Assembly (NCBI GenBank): GCA_024626585.2
Contig: JANKJI020000002.1
Location: forward strand, 13,033,609 to 13,058,446
Direction of reading: 5' to 3'
Source of the DNA: Ginkgo biloba
Taxonomy: Eukaryota; Plantae; Ginkgophyta
Length of the DNA stretch: 24,838 nucleotides
How positions within the stretch are numbered: the stretch's first letter is position 1; the number at the start of each line of letters is the position of its first letter. Positions 21,331 through 24,838 of this stretch are shown here, piece after piece. The notes beneath the pieces were generated by a model. It was given only the letters and a program-made list of their open reading frames with translations. It was not told the origin of the DNA and did no database searches. Position numbers and translations under genes: made by a program.

Positions 21331-23584
21331 GGAAAATACATTTTTAAAGAAAAAAGGAAGCTAGAAAAGAGTAAAGAGAAGAAAAAATGTACAGAACAAG
21401 TTGGCAACAACAAAGAGGTAAAAGGAAAATGCAAATACAAAGAAAAGAGATGGTCTTCGAGACCAAAGCAATGTTTAAGGTGGGAGTAATGAAGAAATAG
21501 TGAATCAAACAATGGGGAAGGAAATGATAAACAAAGCATGACATAAGCAGATGCCCAGAGCAAATTAACAGAGGGTAACTAGGAAAATCCGAAGAGCCAC
21601 CGATATAAGGGATTCCATACAAACCTTTGGTGTGTCCAAGCAATTCCAATAAGGCCAAGGACACAGTGAAAGCTAGGACTCCAGAAAAGACAAAGAAGAA
21701 TGCAGACAGGGTAACAAAGCGATGATAATAGCAATTACTTTTCCACTTTGAGAAGTAGGGTGAGTATAAGAGACAAGGAAGGAAAAAAGACAAACTGAAT
21801 GTAAAATGAGCAATAGAGTTGTAGCAGTTTANNNNNNNNNNCACAATCTGGCTTTAGATTTTAGGAAGAAAACTGTGCCTTTGTAACATTGATAAGAAAA
21901 GAAGCCACCAACTAAACTACCAGTTAAGAGAAGTTCCAGCATTTCAGACTAAGGGAGAAAAGCAAAGCACTTTAGAAGTTGTAAGGACATGTTGAGTATT
22001 TTAATGACATGCTGCATCTGAATCCTTCAGAAGGGGTCAAAAACACGTCATCAACAAGGATGTCAAAACAAAATTTGGTCACTGGGACACATGCTTTCTG
22101 ATATATTCCAATAAAGCCCTGGGGTGGATATAGGTATGGGATGGGCCAAAGGGAGTGCTCGGGTGATTTTGATGCATACAGTCTCCTCTTTTCTATGGCC
22201 CATTGTTCAACTTGGGTTGTAAAACCACAAAATAAGTTATAAAGCTTTGTTTTCTGNNNNNNNNNNNNNNNNNNNNNNNNNNNNNNNNNNNNNNNTTCAA
22301 ATCTGAAAGAAGACTATGTATTGGTTATTAAAAATTAAGATATATTTTTGTTTAGTTTAAATTTTGTGGAAAGCTAATATGATGAAAGGCTGCTTAAGTA
22401 ATGAAGTGTTTAAATTGTAGACATTGAGGAATGCATACTTCAGTAAGTATGGATCATCTGACTGAACCTCATGAAGATTACTTGGAGAACAGAAAAACTA
22501 CTGAATATGTGGAACTGCAATACATTCATCTGCCCAAAATCTTANNNNNNNNNNNNNNNNNNNNNNNNNNNNNNNNNNNNNNNNNNNNNNNNNNNNNNNN
22601 NNNNNNNNNNNNNNNNNNNNNNNNNNNNNNNNNNNNNNNNNNNNCAAAATGGGAGGCATTGGAAAGATCAATAAGGAAGGAGAATAAGGCATAGCACATC
22701 GTGTTAGTAGTGGAGATGATTTTTTAGGTGTGATAACCTAACTTTAGAGATTATCCTTTAATCGCCTAAAAAGACTTCTTCATACCAACACATGAGTGTT
22801 GCCTTCTCTAAATCCATAACCAAGCCGTGGACGTTGGGGATGATAAAAATGAAGAGATTGATGAGGAGAATATCATCTCCCAAATCCACCATGCAAAATG
22901 AATTTTATCTAGTGGCAACAACTACTACTTGCAACCTAAAGGGAACCCTAAATTATGGTTATATCAGATCTGAGACACACAGTTCAAACTAAATCTCACT
23001 TTGAACTGTTGCATACCAGAAATTGAAGTAATGTTTCAGCAATATGATCTGAAAGAGAGGAGCACAGATATCTGATTCAGTGACTCGTCATTCTGAATTC
23101 CATGATTGGCAATTGCATAGTATGTCAATATGATTCATACATACAGAAATTTGTCTCCCAATTTGTCAAGTAGAAATATATGTCTTCCCTAAGTGCACCA
23201 GTAGTTTCTTGATTGATCAGAAGCTTCAAATTGAAATGCATCTAATTAGGAATTTCACTCGTAAAGCATATCTTTCTTTGAATAGTTTTCTCAGCCCAAA
23301 ATGCACAGCACAAGTCAGAATGTTCTCTGCAAGAGCATCCCGTGATTTAGGTCTACTATGGAGAAAAGAGCATCCATGTCCAAATTTTATCAGTCTCATG
23401 TTTCTTAAAAGAAAAGGGCATAAAAATGTATGGGCTAAACTTTAGGCAACTCTTTTATAGCACTACTGACCAATTTTCTGGGAGATAGGTTTTTGGCAGT
23501 CTAGTGGGAAACACCTCTGTATATTCTGTACTGGATTTATGTTTTTTCCCTCAACCTCTTTTTTGCATTCTGTACTGTACACAG

Positions 23585-23645
23585 AGACTAGTGATTTATT
23601 AAAGAGAGGATAAAATGATTTCCCAGTGAACTTGGGGAATCCTGG
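23585..23645 (+). other. Candidate distal non-coding exon
   Basis: A pyrimidine-rich tract at 23540-23575 ends in ACACAG (23584); strong donor TGG|GTGAGT at 23645/23646; downstream acceptors TTTGTTTCAG (23720) and CTGCAG (23767). Confidence 0.35.
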
Positions 23646-24049
23646 GTGAGTAATTTGCTAAGACCCTGAGTGCAGCAAAATGTAAACAGCTTACACTTAG
23701 AGCCTCAAAATTTGTTTCAGGTGAGCAATGAACTTTAATTTTCACTGGGATGGAATAACATCTGCAGGTGGTAAATTCAAAGCATAATTGGTTGACAAAG
23801 GCAACTGCCTCTTTTGGTGCAATGCTTACAATCAACCATTGGTTTTGAATGTGCTTTGTTGGTGCAGAAAATATATCTGTTTCCTAAGCATTCTACAAGT
23901 GTTTGGACTACATTTCCCTTGCTGACATGTCATCTGAACTTATACAATTCTTTGAGCCAAGCTTTGGGATTTAGAGGTAGGCATCCTTTCTTGGCAACCT
24001 GGGGATTGATCTCAAGTTTGAGATCGGATCTTTTCATTCATGTTTTCCT

Positions 24050-24432
24050 AGTCATATTGAATGAAAATCGCAGGACTTCCAAGATGAAGCACCATTATTC
24101 TTTCTTCATTTGGGTATAACTTGCCATTATCTACTTTCCAGTATATGAACTCATGTTTTTTGGAAACACAAGACCTAATTTGGAATGAGAAACAAAATTT
24201 TTTAGGAGTTTCATTTCAGAAAGGTTATTGTGTACGTAGGAAACTATATAAATTCTGAAATCCCTAAATGCAACAGATTTTATCAGTTGGAAATCACCCT
24301 CAAATACATTTTAGTAAATCGAAAACTTAAAAGGACTTCCAAGATGAAACCCTCATTTGGGTATAATTTGCTCTCATCTAGATTCCCACTTTTGAGGTCA
24401 ACTTACATGAAACTTGGTCTTGGATGAGAAAT
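24050..24432. repeat. Diverged direct duplication, ~260 bp apart
   Basis: AGGACTTCCAAGATGAA at 24072 and 24332, each followed by TCATTTGGGTATAA and then TTGGA(A)TGAGAAA. Confidence 0.85.
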
Positions 24433-24451
24433 GGCAAGTTCGAATATCCGC

Positions 24452-24452
<1 letters not shown>

Positions 24453-24482
<30 letters not shown>
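24453..24482. repeat. (TC)15 microsatellite
   Basis: Perfect dinucleotide run. Confidence 0.98.
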
Positions 24483-24486
<4 letters not shown>

Positions 24487-24838
24487 TATCAAACAAATTG
24501 AGTGACTGTACATGTAGTCTCANNNNNNNNNNTATTATTATATAAAAAACTAAAAAATTGGCCGTCCATTGGCCTTGATGATCGATCCATGTTTATGTCG
24601 GCTTTGATTATCTATGTGACGGGGGACTTGTGTTGGTTCACCATCTCCATTAGACATGGGTCCCCAATCATAGAGGGAATTAAATTGACATGGCCATGGG
24701 TCCCTCACAAAGGTAATCAAAGTTGACATGGAAGTTTGCCCTATAGAGAAGTTTATATGCGAGGTAGGTGAATAAATTGATGGGATTTTTACTTACATAT
24801 ACAATGGTATACACACGCACAATCCATTTTTATATAAA

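Noticed and set aside
21344-21844. 166-aa hydrophobic - strand ORF
   Set aside because: Antisense of the A-rich, Lys-rich distal part of the L1 ORF1 remnant.
22140-22190. ECSGDFDA as an L1 endonuclease GDFN motif
   Set aside because: Position after ORF1 is plausible, but it is a single short degenerate motif with no supporting neighbours.
1-24838. CRISPR array, tRNA/rRNA genes, operons or prokaryotic defence systems
   Set aside because: No regularly spaced repeat-spacer array, no cloverleaf or rRNA-like sequence seen, and the DNA has spliceosomal introns and plant TEs.

Overview
Eukaryotic, AT-rich and CpG-depleted draft-assembly DNA with many N gaps. It is most likely from a large-genome land plant; the gymnosperm-like assignment is inferred from the multi-kb TE-filled introns and the repeat types. 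The window holds the 3' part of one spliced + strand gene: a donor at 2, then coding exons 5664-5872, 18430-18482 and 18614-18748. They join in frame to an acidic C-terminus (..YEMRAMQQ..EQDLDAYLLGDLGSTDGDP/DEGDDGFDDDFDKLVNST/TLDSEDEDEK..PAEH*) that resembles plant BSD-domain proteins. The ~5.7 kb and ~12.6 kb introns and the downstream DNA are a graveyard of decayed elements: a LINE reverse transcriptase, L1 ORF1 (DUF4283-like) fragments, Ty3/gypsy gag and protease fragments, and two diverged copies of an LTR-like repeat. The most unusual item is at 14.6-16.6 kb. It is an extinct, tandemly duplicated ~140-aa Trp/Gly-rich protein module of unrecognised family on the - strand, next to a CpG-rich patch and a Helitron-like hairpin. 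Candidate spliced 3'UTR exons lie downstream of the stop. No prokaryotic features, RNA genes or CRISPR arrays are supported. All family assignments come from motif recognition by eye, not database searches.
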